A stretch of DNA of 64,000 bases from Spirochaetia bacterium (lineage in GTDB: Bacteria; Spirochaetota; Spirochaetia; CADAEX01), in the NCBI GenBank assembly GCA_963662795.1, contig OY759746.1:3840001-3904000 (forward strand), in the 5' to 3' direction. Shown piece by piece: positions 9,986 to 19,882 of the stretch. The translations under genes and the position numbers were made by a program. Positions within the stretch are counted from its first letter, which is position 1, and the number at the start of each line of letters is the position of its first letter. The notes below the pieces were generated by a model, which worked only from the letters and a program-made list of their open reading frames with translations, did no database searches and was not told the DNA's origin.

Positions 9986-10555
9986 ATGGAATTCACTCTC
10001 ACACAACCAGATAAAAAGTTATTGGCAGAAACAGCAAGAGAAACAATCAGGGCTAAGCTGGCCGGAAGGAAACCTGTCTATAAACCCCACTCGGAGACAC
10101 TTGAAAAAAAATGTGGAGCGTTTGTTACTCTCCACAAAAACGGCGGACTGCGCGGCTGCATAGGACATCTCGTAGGGATAAGGCCTCTTTATGTTACGAT
10201 AAGGGAAATGGCCCTGGCAAGCGCTTTTGACGATCCGCGCTTCCCCCCTGTTGAAAAAAGCGAGCTTGATTCAATTGAAATAGAAATATCGGTTCTCTCT
10301 CCAATGTTAAAGATTAAATCTATAGATGAAATCAAGACAGGTCTTCACGGTGTATATATAAGAAAAGACCTCAGAACAGGCACACTTCTTCCCCAGGTTG
10401 CCGCTGAACAGGGATGGGACACGGAAGAATTTGTAAGTTATGCCTGCATCAAGGCAGGACTGGATAAAAATGCATGGAAAGAAGCTGAAACAGAGATTTT
10501 CATCTACACGGCTATTGTTTTTGGTGAAAAAGAAGAGCTTAACGAAGCAATCTAG
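9986..10555 (+). CDS. AmmeMemoRadiSam system protein A (AMMECR1 domain)
   Basis: GAFVTL...LRGCIG, DPRFPP, IEISVLS, LLPQV, KAG. Confidence 0.93.
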   Translation: MEFTLTQPDKKLLAETARETIRAKLAGRKPVYKPHSETLEKKCGAFVTLHKNGGLRGCIGHLVGIRPLYVTIREMALASAFDDPRFPPVEKSELDSIEIEISVLSPMLKIKSIDEIKTGLHGVYIRKDLRTGTLLPQVAAEQGWDTEEFVSYACIKAGLDKNAWKEAETEIFIYTAIVFGEKEELNEAI

Positions 10556-10630
10556 CACAGCTCAACCCGGTTCTTTGAGTCTGATCCTCTAACCCGGCCG
10601 GGTCTGTAATGTGCAATTCAGGATCGCCGA

Positions 10631-11608
10631 CTAATATCTGATTATTCCTGCCGCAAGACCTCCTGCCCCGGCTCCGATCAATATACCACCGGTAACAGCA
10701 AGCGGATAATACGGAGAAGACGCTGTAAAATAGTTTGTATTGGCAATATTACCCGATATCAGTGTAATAATCTCAAGACCTGTACCCGCAAGAATCATCC
10801 CCATACTGCCCCAGAAAAGTCTGTATTCTTTTCTGGATTCTTTTTCGTTTAAGGAATCCCTGATTTCCTGCATGGTTATTGTGGAAAGCGGTTTGCTTAT
10901 AAAATCATTAATGTCCCAGTATGTTATAACATCATCCGGGACTGTTTCAGCAGCAAGCAATTTTTCAGGCTCACTTGCTTTTATTGCAACCATTTCATTT
11001 GCGGTAATAATTATTGAATTCTCTTTGAGAGAAGTTATTGTCTGACCGGGCAATGCCGCTGCGGTATCTGTCTGAACCGGCTCCACTGTTTTCTTTACAA
11101 CTTCAACAGATCCGCTGAAACAGTAAACCCTTGAAAGGAGATCTTCCCGGAGCCCCGCCGGATCAGAAATTATATCATATCCGAAATCTGTCCCTCTGAC
11201 ACCGCAGACAGCACTCTTTCCGTCAATTTTAAAAGACTGGCTGCCGGTTAATTTTTCAACTTTGGCGCGGATTCTGCCGTATGTGAGGGAAAAAAGCCCT
11301 CCCCCTTTTTCCGGGAAAGTGTCTATCCTGAAACTTGAATTTTCAGATATTTTTATAATACTGTCTGAACCCGACACCTGAAGTTCAAGAATTGTGCCCG
11401 GTTCAGTTATAAGAACGTCTCCCTGCCGAAAAACCAGCCCAAGAACATCTGTTTCAAATAAATCATAGTAGACATCATTCCCGTCCCTGACATGTGTAAA
11501 ACCTTCGCCGTCAGCATATATTATAACGCAGGACTGTGATGTCTGGCTGAATAGATGGGAAACAGAAAAAACAAGAAATATAAATACTAATATATAAATC
11601 TTTTTCAT
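10631..11608 (-). CDS. FecR-domain protein with signal peptide and C-terminal membrane anchors
   Basis: Signal peptide, GRIRAKV...SAVCGVRGTDF, C-terminal hydrophobic Gly-rich helices. Confidence 0.8.
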   Translation of the reverse strand: MKKIYILVFIFLVFSVSHLFSQTSQSCVIIYADGEGFTHVRDGNDVYYDLFETDVLGLVFRQGDVLITEPGTILELQVSGSDSIIKISENSSFRIDTFPEKGGGLFSLTYGRIRAKVEKLTGSQSFKIDGKSAVCGVRGTDFGYDIISDPAGLREDLLSRVYCFSGSVEVVKKTVEPVQTDTAAALPGQTITSLKENSIIITANEMVAIKASEPEKLLAAETVPDDVITYWDINDFISKPLSTITMQEIRDSLNEKESRKEYRLFWGSMGMILAGTGLEIITLISGNIANTNYFTASSPYYPLAVTGGILIGAGAGGLAAGIIRY

Positions 11609-11640
11609 AACTTCTAATTTAGATTATTTTAAGCGATATT

Positions 11641-12576
11641 TCAAAGGTTTTTACCGTAACTATCAAGGAAAATAGATACCTTTTCCAGGATTAAAGATGC
11701 GTTTTCCGGATTTTCCCAGTAAACATTGTTAATTTTTCTGAAAAATGTTATCTGCCGTTTTGCATAGTGCCGCGTATTGAGTTTGATCTTCTCCCTTATC
11801 TCATCTGCAGCAAGGAAAGGGTCATAATCAAGTGCGAAAAACTCCCTGTAGCCTATCCCGCCCATACCGGGGGCATCAGACTCATACCCCATATTTCTGA
11901 GCCTTAGAAACTCATCATAAATCCCTGCGTCAAACATTGCGTCAACCCTTGCATTTATCCTTGCGTAAAGTTCTTTCCTTTCCCTGAATAGCCCTATGAG
12001 AAGAAAATCATATTCCTCTCTTTCTGAATCCGGTAATGCAAATGAGGAAAGGGGCTTTCCTGATGCGTACCAGACTTCAAGCGCCCTTGCAATCCTGTAG
12101 GGATCTTTTTTTCCGATTTTGTTCAAATATTCAGGATCAATTTTTTCAAGTTCTTCTGAAAGGGCAGCAATGCCCTCTTTTTCAAGTCTTGCAGCAATCA
12201 TGCTGCGTATATTCTCATCGCTCCTGGGAGCTTTCGGCATTCCGTAAATAAAATTCTTCAGGAAAAAAGCATTTCCTCCTGAGATAACCGGCACTTTACC
12301 CCGTAACCAGATATCACGGCAAAGCCTGTCAGCGTGAGCTGTAAAATCGCCCGCTCCGAATTCCATATCAGGTTCAAGAAAATCTACAAGATGATGTTTT
12401 ATCCTGTCTGTTATATCTGAATCAGGTTTAGCAGTCCCTATATTCATATATTTATAGACCTGCATTGAGTCGAGGTTAATAATTTCCGCTATTTTGCTTA
12501 AATTTAAAAGAAATGCTGTCTTTCCGACAGCAGTGGGGCCAAATACAACAACTACAGGTATTCTACCTTCCGGCAC
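11641..12576 (-). CDS. miaA: tRNA dimethylallyltransferase
   Basis: GPTAVGKT, DSMQVY..MNIGTAKP, RIARALEV, TRHYAKRQITF. Confidence 0.96.
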   Translation of the reverse strand: MPEGRIPVVVVFGPTAVGKTAFLLNLSKIAEIINLDSMQVYKYMNIGTAKPDSDITDRIKHHLVDFLEPDMEFGAGDFTAHADRLCRDIWLRGKVPVISGGNAFFLKNFIYGMPKAPRSDENIRSMIAARLEKEGIAALSEELEKIDPEYLNKIGKKDPYRIARALEVWYASGKPLSSFALPDSEREEYDFLLIGLFRERKELYARINARVDAMFDAGIYDEFLRLRNMGYESDAPGMGGIGYREFFALDYDPFLAADEIREKIKLNTRHYAKRQITFFRKINNVYWENPENASLILEKVSIFLDSYGKNL

Positions 12577-12584
12577 GGATAGTT

Positions 12585-12776
12585 TTATTCCTCCCGTCTG
12601 TAATCAACTTTACCGGAAAGAACCTGTTTCAGCGCTGCAGAGACTACCTTGCTGCCCTCTTTTTCCACTTCTTCAGCGCCTGTAACAGTAATCTGCGCAG
12701 CCCTTTTTATTATCGCGAAAGTAAGTTCGTATATATTTCTGTTTCTCTGAACAAGTTTATCAAGAGGTATTATCAT
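12585..12776 (-). CDS. rpoZ: RNA polymerase omega subunit (spirochaete-type)
   Basis: NIYELTFAIIKRAAQI and KVVSAAL resemble the omega YxL...RA.Q/K.v..Al motifs; AGGAG RBS; yicC-kinase-omega context. Confidence 0.72.
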   Translation of the reverse strand: MIIPLDKLVQRNRNIYELTFAIIKRAAQITVTGAEEVEKEGSKVVSAALKQVLSGKVDYRREE

Positions 12777-12897
12777 TTATTATTGCTCCTGTATCGGATG
12801 GTCCGGAATTAACTGATTAATATTACAGATTTTTTATAAAAAAGTAAATAGCTCCGAAAAATATAAACTCATGCCGTGCTTCAAAGTTTCCCTGGAA

Positions 12898-13431
12898 TTA
12901 TTTTTTACCCTTATAGTCTAAAAGCTGTTCAGCCTTTTGCACAATCAGCTCTGCAACTTCTTCCGCCGACAATGCGCCTGTATCTATAACAAGATTTGCA
13001 AAGGAAAAATCATTATTATCGATATTATATAGATTCTTATACCGCTCTGAATCTCTTTTATCCCTTGCTATAGTTTTATTAAATACTTCTTCATAACTTC
13101 CGCCTTCACGCCGGTGTATACGCTCTGCCCTGACATCAGTCGGTGCATCAAGAAAAACCTTGAGATCCGCATCATCAATAATCCAGATAGCAAGACGGGA
13201 ACCGAGAACACAATTCCCCTCTGACGCGAGTTCCTTCTGTTTTTCATCCAGCATGATATCAAAACGTTTATCAGCTTCCGCAAGACGGCACAGCTCTTCG
13301 AAGGGAATACCTTTCTCCTGTGCCATGATTCTGAATGTATAATTGACAAATTTCAAGCCGAGTTTTGCTGCCGTCATTTTGCTGACTGTTGTATTACCGC
13401 AGCCGCTTTTTCCTGATATTGCTATTTTCAT
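12898..13431 (-). CDS. Cytidylate kinase-like (archaeal-type CMP kinase) P-loop kinase
   Basis: ISGKSGCGNTT, SRLA, RAERI..RE, RD..D..RY..LY. Confidence 0.85.
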   Translation of the reverse strand: MKIAISGKSGCGNTTVSKMTAAKLGLKFVNYTFRIMAQEKGIPFEELCRLAEADKRFDIMLDEKQKELASEGNCVLGSRLAIWIIDDADLKVFLDAPTDVRAERIHRREGGSYEEVFNKTIARDKRDSERYKNLYNIDNNDFSFANLVIDTGALSAEEVAELIVQKAEQLLDYKGKK

Positions 13432-13432
13432 G

Positions 13433-14302
13433 TTACGCTATATTCCTCACCTGTTCCCGGATTTTTTCCAGTGCGTCCCTTGCATCAATTACTGCCTGGT
13501 TAACTTCCACCTTAAAACTTTTTGATCCGATTGTATTTATTTCCCTGTTTATTTCCTGACAGATAAAATCAAGCTTTTTTCCAATTTGAGGAGAGTCTGA
13601 AGATATTTCAGCTTTAAACCCTTCAATGTGAGACTTAAGTCTTACAATCTCCTCGTTTATGCTGAACCTGACCAGCATTACGGCAGTTTCAGCGTAAATT
13701 CTGTTCTCATCAGCCTTGTCGCCGAGAAGCTGTTCAAACCGCTCTTTAAGATTTTTTTTAATATCATCCTCCATGGATGCAGCAAATTTTTCCGCAGTGC
13801 CTACAGCTCCTGAAATAATTTCAATCTGCCTTTCAATATCTTCCCTGGTCCTTGCGGCCTCAATTGTTCTGCTTTCATCAAACTGCAGATATGTTTTTTC
13901 AAGGAGCGGCTCAAGGATCTTCCAGAAATAATCCGCGTCCCTGTTTCTCGTTTTTTTGATTATACCTTCCATTCTCAGAAGATGCGATAAATTAATTGTT
14001 TCATTTATTCCCGCAATTGAAACAAGCTGTTTTAATGCGTCAATCCCGGCAAGGGCGACTCCTTTATCAATTGAAACAGTTGAATCCTCTTCAATCTCTT
14101 TTACCCTTACATATAGTTCAACCTTTCCTCTCTCAATTCTCGAAGAGAGAAAATTTCTGAGAACAGGCTCAAGTGAAGAGAAGAATGGGGGCAGATTAAT
14201 GTATAAATCAAGGTAGCGGTTGTTATATGATTTTAATTCTGTAACAATATCTATTTTTTCATCCTGATATTCGCTATAGCCGTATCCTGTCATACTTTTC
14301 AT
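13433..14302 (-). CDS. yicC: YicC/YloC family endoribonuclease
   Basis: MKSMTGYG, NNRYLD, EEIVRL.SH, GKKLDFI.QE.NRE.NTIGSK, EKIREQV.N. Confidence 0.95.
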   Translation of the reverse strand: MKSMTGYGYSEYQDEKIDIVTELKSYNNRYLDLYINLPPFFSSLEPVLRNFLSSRIERGKVELYVRVKEIEEDSTVSIDKGVALAGIDALKQLVSIAGINETINLSHLLRMEGIIKKTRNRDADYFWKILEPLLEKTYLQFDESRTIEAARTREDIERQIEIISGAVGTAEKFAASMEDDIKKNLKERFEQLLGDKADENRIYAETAVMLVRFSINEEIVRLKSHIEGFKAEISSDSPQIGKKLDFICQEINREINTIGSKSFKVEVNQAVIDARDALEKIREQVRNIA

Positions 14303-14378
14303 TATTTACTCCAATATTTTTATGGGCGCCAACCGGTCCGTAAGGATCATACTCAACTTAAAATTAACCTTTACAGTT

Positions 14379-15842
14379 TCACCTGTCCCTGTTTTTGAAA
14401 TAGCTGTAAAGAGCTTCTCCAAGTTTCCAGTTATCCCCGGCACCCATTGTAAGGAAAAGATCTCCTTCCCTTAATTCCTTTTCAAGGAAACCTGATGCAT
14501 CGGAAGGCTCTTTATAGAAAAGGACATTGCCATGCTTCTCTTTGGTCTTAACGAAAAAATCATTGTCCAGGGTATTTCCCCCTTCTCCCTTTTCCCTGGC
14601 CGACGCATATATTTTATTGAGTATTACAACATCGGCATCAGAAAATGATGAGGAAAAATCCTCAAGCAGTGCTTTAGTCCGCGAATAAGTGTGGGACATA
14701 AAATCCACGATAATTCTTTTACCGGGATAAAAGGACCTGATACCTGCAAGGGTTGCGGCTATAGCTGTCGGATGATGGCCGTAATCATCCATAAAAACGA
14801 TACCGCAGGCATTTCCAAGCAGTTCGCTTCTTCTCTTGCTCCCCTTAAAATTCCTCACTCCGGATGCTATTTTTTCTCCGTCAGAAATTAAAACTTCGGG
14901 GATATTTTTCCCTTTTATGTGCGAAGCAATACATGCGGATACTGCCGCCGCAGCTGCGCTGTTAAGCACATTATGCAGCCCCGGCACCCTTAATTCGAAA
15001 TCGCACTCAATCCCGTGCAGATTGAACATTGTCCTGCCGTCAAGCTGTTTTATGTTTTTTATCTTAAAATCACCTTCCGCACTGATGCCGTACGGGATAA
15101 GCCTTATACTGCTGTTTTTTTTCCTTACAGCATCCCCGAGTGATGCGGCCCCCTTCTCATCGGCACAGTAGATAAGGGTGCCCCCTTCCGGGAGTTTTTC
15201 CGCATAGGAGAGAAAGGCTGAAAATATATCATCGTAGTCCTTAAAATAATCGAGGTGATCAGGTTCTATGCTGGTTACAACGAGTATATCAGGTGAAAAA
15301 GAGAGAAAATGCCTTTTGTATTCGCAGGTTTCTGCGACAAAATACTTATCCCCTGCCGTAAAGGTGGATTTACCGTCAAAATTGGATATTGCAGACCCGG
15401 CAAGGACAGAAACAGGAAGATCAAGTTCCTTGAGTACAGTACCTGTAATGCCTGTAGTAGTTGTTTTCCCGTGAACACCGGCAATGCCGCAGGAGGGGGC
15501 TGTTCTTGAGTATGCGCCAAGCGCCTGTGTATATTCAAGGACAGGGATTTCTCTTTTTAAAGCTTCCGAAAGATCCGGATTTGAATCCCTGCCGTAGGCG
15601 GAAGAGTGGATTACAAGATCGTAATTATCATCAAGATTGGAGGCGGAAAAACCCTCCCTGTATTTAATCCCGAACTGTTTTAAAATTGCATCAGTATAAA
15701 ATATTTCATCAGTATCACTGCCGCTTACAATTGCTCCGGCCTTGTGAAAAAGCTCTGCAAGGGCGGCCATCCCAGTTCCCTTTATTCCCACAAAATATAT
15801 CTTTTTTCCTGTTAAAGGCTGAGGAAGCTGGAAACTGTTCAT
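14379..15842 (-). CDS. murC: UDP-N-acetylmuramate--L-alanine ligase
   Basis: GIKGTGM, AGVHGKTTT, DHLDYF, DDYGHHPT, HTYSRT, MGAG; start placed at ATG 15842, 6 nt after the -10 box. Confidence 0.93.
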   Translation of the reverse strand: MNSFQLPQPLTGKKIYFVGIKGTGMAALAELFHKAGAIVSGSDTDEIFYTDAILKQFGIKYREGFSASNLDDNYDLVIHSSAYGRDSNPDLSEALKREIPVLEYTQALGAYSRTAPSCGIAGVHGKTTTTGITGTVLKELDLPVSVLAGSAISNFDGKSTFTAGDKYFVAETCEYKRHFLSFSPDILVVTSIEPDHLDYFKDYDDIFSAFLSYAEKLPEGGTLIYCADEKGAASLGDAVRKKNSSIRLIPYGISAEGDFKIKNIKQLDGRTMFNLHGIECDFELRVPGLHNVLNSAAAAAVSACIASHIKGKNIPEVLISDGEKIASGVRNFKGSKRRSELLGNACGIVFMDDYGHHPTAIAATLAGIRSFYPGKRIIVDFMSHTYSRTKALLEDFSSSFSDADVVILNKIYASAREKGEGGNTLDNDFFVKTKEKHGNVLFYKEPSDASGFLEKELREGDLFLTMGAGDNWKLGEALYSYFKNRDR

Positions 15843-15848
15843 AGTGGA

Positions 15849-15877
15849 ATAATAGAAAAACACAGCTCTTTTTGCAA
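15849..15877 (-). promoter_or_regulatory. Sigma70-type promoter of murC, probably leaderless
   Basis: TTGCAA-N17-TATTAT-N6-ATG with no SD. Confidence 0.65.
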
Positions 15878-15943
15878 TAGAAACAAGGCTTCTTTAGTGA
15901 GATTACAGTGACAAACTCACTGTTTCCCTGTATCCTACGGGTG

Positions 15944-17587
15944 ATGAAAATTACCCGGAAAATTCTTTTGCTTTTTGCTGCCCTTCTGCTTATGCCTTTG
16001 TCATCCTGCGCTGCGGATGACATTGTTGAGGTAATTATATCACCTGATATTGAAACAGAGACCGCTGAAACCTTTGCAAAGGTACTTGCATCAGCAAAAA
16101 ACAGGCTGAAAATCAGTACCGGCAGAAGTAAAACCGGAAAACAGGATAATGAGGGAAGTTCCATACAGATTTTACTTCAGCTTGAGGGTAAAGATGCCTA
16201 TGGTGATTTTTTTGCATCTGCCGCACCGGATTCGCGAAAAAATACTGCCCTTAAAACTGTTACAGGGAACAGAATTTATGCTCCATATACCGTATTCTAT
16301 GATCCCGAAATAAGCGCATCAACAGAAGAAATCCTGAAAGGAAAATACAAAATAAAACAGCTTGATGAAATCACCCTCCCTGAAAAAGCCCTTGCTGTTG
16401 ACGGCCGTTACCCGGACAGTAAAAATTACCCTCTTGTCGTCAATGTAACTGCTTTATTCCCTCAATACGGGGAAAATAAAAAAATCGATCAAAAAATTGA
16501 ATCCCTTAAAGCCGCTATTGTTTCTTATTACGGCTTTCAGGGGGATTTTGATGCATATGCAGATCCGGCGGTCGGGGAAGCAGTTACTGACAAAGACGCA
16601 ATTGCGGCTGGCGGGCAGAGAACAGCTGCTCCGCCTGAAGATCCTGTATGCGCTGTTACCTGGATAAGCTTTACCGGCGATATAATGCCTCTACGCGGAG
16701 TCGACCGTCAGCTTATGACGGGAGAGAAACGCGGCCTTGAAAAAGTTTTCGGAGGCACCCTTGAAATACTGCAGAACAGCAGCCTCGCTATAGGAAATCT
16801 TGAAACTGCCGTAACAGACCTCGGAAGCGGCAGCAAACTTGACAAATCATATAACTTTAAAATTCCATATCAGGTTCTGCCGCGCCTTAAAGAGGCAGGC
16901 TATGATTATCTGATGATCACAAACAATCACAGTTTCGATTACGGTATTGAAGGATTCAGGGATACCCTTTTAAATCTTAAAAAGGCAGGGATTGCAACAT
17001 CGGGGGCAGGACTTGATAAAAATGAAGCAATCGCTCCCTTCAGTACAGAAATAGACGGAAAAAAAATCAACATATTCTCACTTTCAGATTATCCTCCTGA
17101 AAAACTTTTTTCAGGGCGGATAGAAACCGAGGCAAAAGAGGACCGACCCGGCACGGCATGGTTCTCTGATGAATTTCTGTCATCCCTGAAAAATAATTCA
17201 GGCAAAAAAAGCATTGATATAGTATGCGTCCACGGCGGATTTGAGTGGTCATCATCCCCTGCGGCTTCACAGAAAGACCTTTTCAGAAAACTCACTGAAA
17301 ACGGTGCAGATATTGTAGTGGGCTCTCATCCGCATATCCTTCAGCCTCTTGAGGTTTCAGGCCGCTCCCTTATAGCTTACTCTACCGGTAATTTTGTATT
17401 TCCGGGAATGGAAGAAACAAAATTCGGGGAAGAAACTGTTATTCTTGAAACAGGCTGGTATGGAAGTGAAATCAAATATATCAATATTCACCCTGTTAAA
17501 ATATCAGGGGCTGAAATTAATCTTGATAAAAGCGGAAAGATAGCTGAACGGTTTTTAAAAATGAACAGGGCGTGGAACGGGAAATAA
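15944..17587 (+). CDS. CapA/PGA_cap metallophosphatase-family lipoprotein
   Basis: Lipobox-like LSSC; GDIM, GNLE, NNHSFDYG, HGGFE, GSHPH, YSTGNF. Confidence 0.85.
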   Translation: MKITRKILLLFAALLLMPLSSCAADDIVEVIISPDIETETAETFAKVLASAKNRLKISTGRSKTGKQDNEGSSIQILLQLEGKDAYGDFFASAAPDSRKNTALKTVTGNRIYAPYTVFYDPEISASTEEILKGKYKIKQLDEITLPEKALAVDGRYPDSKNYPLVVNVTALFPQYGENKKIDQKIESLKAAIVSYYGFQGDFDAYADPAVGEAVTDKDAIAAGGQRTAAPPEDPVCAVTWISFTGDIMPLRGVDRQLMTGEKRGLEKVFGGTLEILQNSSLAIGNLETAVTDLGSGSKLDKSYNFKIPYQVLPRLKEAGYDYLMITNNHSFDYGIEGFRDTLLNLKKAGIATSGAGLDKNEAIAPFSTEIDGKKINIFSLSDYPPEKLFSGRIETEAKEDRPGTAWFSDEFLSSLKNNSGKKSIDIVCVHGGFEWSSSPAASQKDLFRKLTENGADIVVGSHPHILQPLEVSGRSLIAYSTGNFVFPGMEETKFGEETVILETGWYGSEIKYINIHPVKISGAEINLDKSGKIAERFLKMNRAWNGK

Positions 17588-17608
17588 CCGCCGGTTCAGT
17601 TTATTGCA

Positions 17609-18859
17609 TCAAAGGACAATATTATCAATAGCGCTTAGTCTCTCATTTAGGGCAGGGTGCGAATAATGGTAGAAACTGTAAAGCTTATGCGGTACAAGAT
17701 TTGAAAGATTCTCCCGCCCGAGCTTTAACAGAGCATTCTTCATGTTTTCCCTGCTTTCAACTGCATGTACCGCAAAACTGTCTGCCTCATACTCGTGTTT
17801 TCTTGAAAGCGAATTGAAGAACGGAGTAAGCAGGAATGTAAACGGATGGGAATATAACATAACAAGAACCAGGACACCATAGTAACCGGAACCTGCAAAA
17901 CCGAACGCCGTAAAAAGCGAAGAAAACCCGGCAAGGAGGCTGATAATATAAAAACCTGCAAGCAGTATAAACAGGGAAAGAATTATCCCCTTTATCAGGT
18001 GATGTTTTTTATTGTGGCCTATTTCGTGCGCGAGGACAGCTTCCAGCTCATCGCCGTTAAGTGAGGTCAGCAGTGTATCAAAGAGTACTATCCGCCTCAT
18101 TTTGCCAAAACCTGTAAAATACGCGTTCGAATGACGGGACCTTTTACTGCCGTCCATTTTAAAGATGCCGTTTACGGCGAATTTCAATCTGTGGGCAAGA
18201 ACAAAAAGCCTGTTTTCAAGTTCCTTGTCATCAAGCTTTTCAAATTTGTTAAAAAGAGGCGCTATCAGGACCGGATAAAGAATATTTATCGCAATTTCAA
18301 ATACTGCTGTAAACAGAAACGCATATATCCACCAGAAGTTTCCTGTTTTATCCATAAACCAGAACAGGGCGCAGAGAAGCGAGAACGAAAGCAGAACGCC
18401 CAGAAGAATGCCTTTCAGCATATCAACTATATAAAGACGGACAGTCATATTGCTGAAGCCGAACTTTTTTTCAATGACAAATTCGGAATATATACCGAAC
18501 GGCATCATAAACACTGATAAAATAAACATTACAATATAAATAAAAAATATCCCTGAGATATAGGGATGCAATGATGCCCCTTGAAGAAATACCTCTATTT
18601 TTCCGAAGAGCCCTGAAAATATAAAATAGAGAAGCACTGCTGCCTCATAAAGATTCGAGATAAGTTTGAATTTGCCTTTAAAAAGGGTATATTCCGCGGA
18701 TTTTATAAAATTATCTTCGCTTATGTGGTTTTTAAAAAATACAGGTACTGTTTTTATGGATGAGGCCCTTCTCAGGTTTAAAACCTCAAGAAAGGACTCG
18801 AAAATCAGCACTGCTGAAAATATTATCAGATAAAAGAACAGAATATTCATAAACCTCAC
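17609..18859 (-). CDS. M48 family zinc metalloprotease (Ste24/CAAX protease-like)
   Basis: DGSKRSRHSNAYFTG, LAHEIGH, EYEAD, YSHP...ERL; multi-TM. Confidence 0.93.
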   Translation of the reverse strand: MRFMNILFFYLIIFSAVLIFESFLEVLNLRRASSIKTVPVFFKNHISEDNFIKSAEYTLFKGKFKLISNLYEAAVLLYFIFSGLFGKIEVFLQGASLHPYISGIFFIYIVMFILSVFMMPFGIYSEFVIEKKFGFSNMTVRLYIVDMLKGILLGVLLSFSLLCALFWFMDKTGNFWWIYAFLFTAVFEIAINILYPVLIAPLFNKFEKLDDKELENRLFVLAHRLKFAVNGIFKMDGSKRSRHSNAYFTGFGKMRRIVLFDTLLTSLNGDELEAVLAHEIGHNKKHHLIKGIILSLFILLAGFYIISLLAGFSSLFTAFGFAGSGYYGVLVLVMLYSHPFTFLLTPFFNSLSRKHEYEADSFAVHAVESRENMKNALLKLGRENLSNLVPHKLYSFYHYSHPALNERLSAIDNIVL

Positions 18860-18883
18860 CCCCCTGAGCGGGGGCTGGGAGCT

Positions 18884-19078
18884 TTATAATGCAGCAACCG
18901 CTTCCTGCTTTTTGCCGTTTGCGATAGATGCTTTGCAGTTTTTGCAAATTTTGTATTTTTTACCGTTTGATTCATATTCGTAAACAGCTTTAATACCGCC
19001 TCTCTTACAAACAGGGCATACACTTCTGCCGCTTGCAACCTGGTCTCTTATTCCTTTGCCTCTGTGAGCTTTAGACAT
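18884..19078 (-). CDS. Small basic Zn-ribbon protein (64 aa), candidate spirochaete ribosomal protein bL38-like
   Basis: Strong RBS AAGGAG before ATG 19078; MSKAHRGKGIR...CPVC...CKNC; Lys/Arg-rich. Confidence 0.6.
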   Translation of the reverse strand: MSKAHRGKGIRDQVASGRSVCPVCKRGGIKAVYEYESNGKKYKICKNCKASIANGKKQEAVAAL

Positions 19079-19130
19079 AATTTCTCCTTCGTTTTTCTCG
19101 GTACAAATATATAGAGTGCTTTTTAAAAAG

Positions 19131-19826
19131 TCAATTGCGCTGTTTTTGAAGAATATGAAATACCATCTCCGAGAGGAGCAAAGAGCTTCTTTTAAGGAAT
19201 TTTTTAAAGTCATGAGGGGCATTTCCGTCTGCCCTGTCAGAAATCACCCTTACAAGAAGGAACGGGATATTATTCATATAAGCTGTAAAGGCAACAGATG
19301 CCCCTTCCATTTCAACCGCATCTCCTTCAAGATCATCCTTAAGTATTTTTTTCTTTTCCTCTGAGGTATTGCTTATAAACTGATCTCCTGTAAGAATCCG
19401 CCCTTTCACAACTTTTATCCCTTCAGCCCTGAAAGTCATGGCTTTTTCAAAAAGTGCTCTGTCTGACTCAAGAACCCTCACTCCGGTATACGGAATTTCA
19501 CCGATTTTAAAGCCGAGCGATGATGCATCGAAATCGTGCTGAAGACAGTCAACAGATACTACGATATCACCAATATCAAGCGAAGGATTAATGGCTCCCG
19601 CAATACCTGAGAAAATTATCGCTTCAGGTTTGAATAAATCAGACAGTTTCTGGGTAGTCATGGCAGACATAACCTTCCCTACACCTGTCAATCCGACAAG
19701 TACCTCTGCTGTGCCTATATTGCCCCTGTAGTAATCCATATTTAAAATATTATATTTTTCGGAAACCTCAACCTTTCTGATAATATCTGAAACTTCTTCT
19801 TTCATTGCACAAAGCAGCAGAAACAT
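19131..19826 (-). CDS. mtnN: 5'-methylthioadenosine/S-adenosylhomocysteine nucleosidase
   Basis: AMKEE, GVGKV, GIAG, TGDQF, VEMEGA, RVISD. Confidence 0.93.
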   Translation of the reverse strand: MFLLLCAMKEEVSDIIRKVEVSEKYNILNMDYYRGNIGTAEVLVGLTGVGKVMSAMTTQKLSDLFKPEAIIFSGIAGAINPSLDIGDIVVSVDCLQHDFDASSLGFKIGEIPYTGVRVLESDRALFEKAMTFRAEGIKVVKGRILTGDQFISNTSEEKKKILKDDLEGDAVEMEGASVAFTAYMNNIPFLLVRVISDRADGNAPHDFKKFLKRSSLLLSEMVFHILQKQRN

Positions 19827-19882
19827 CTTTAAACCTCCCTGACCGTGACTGTTATTATTTAATTATATAGTATCATTTTTTT

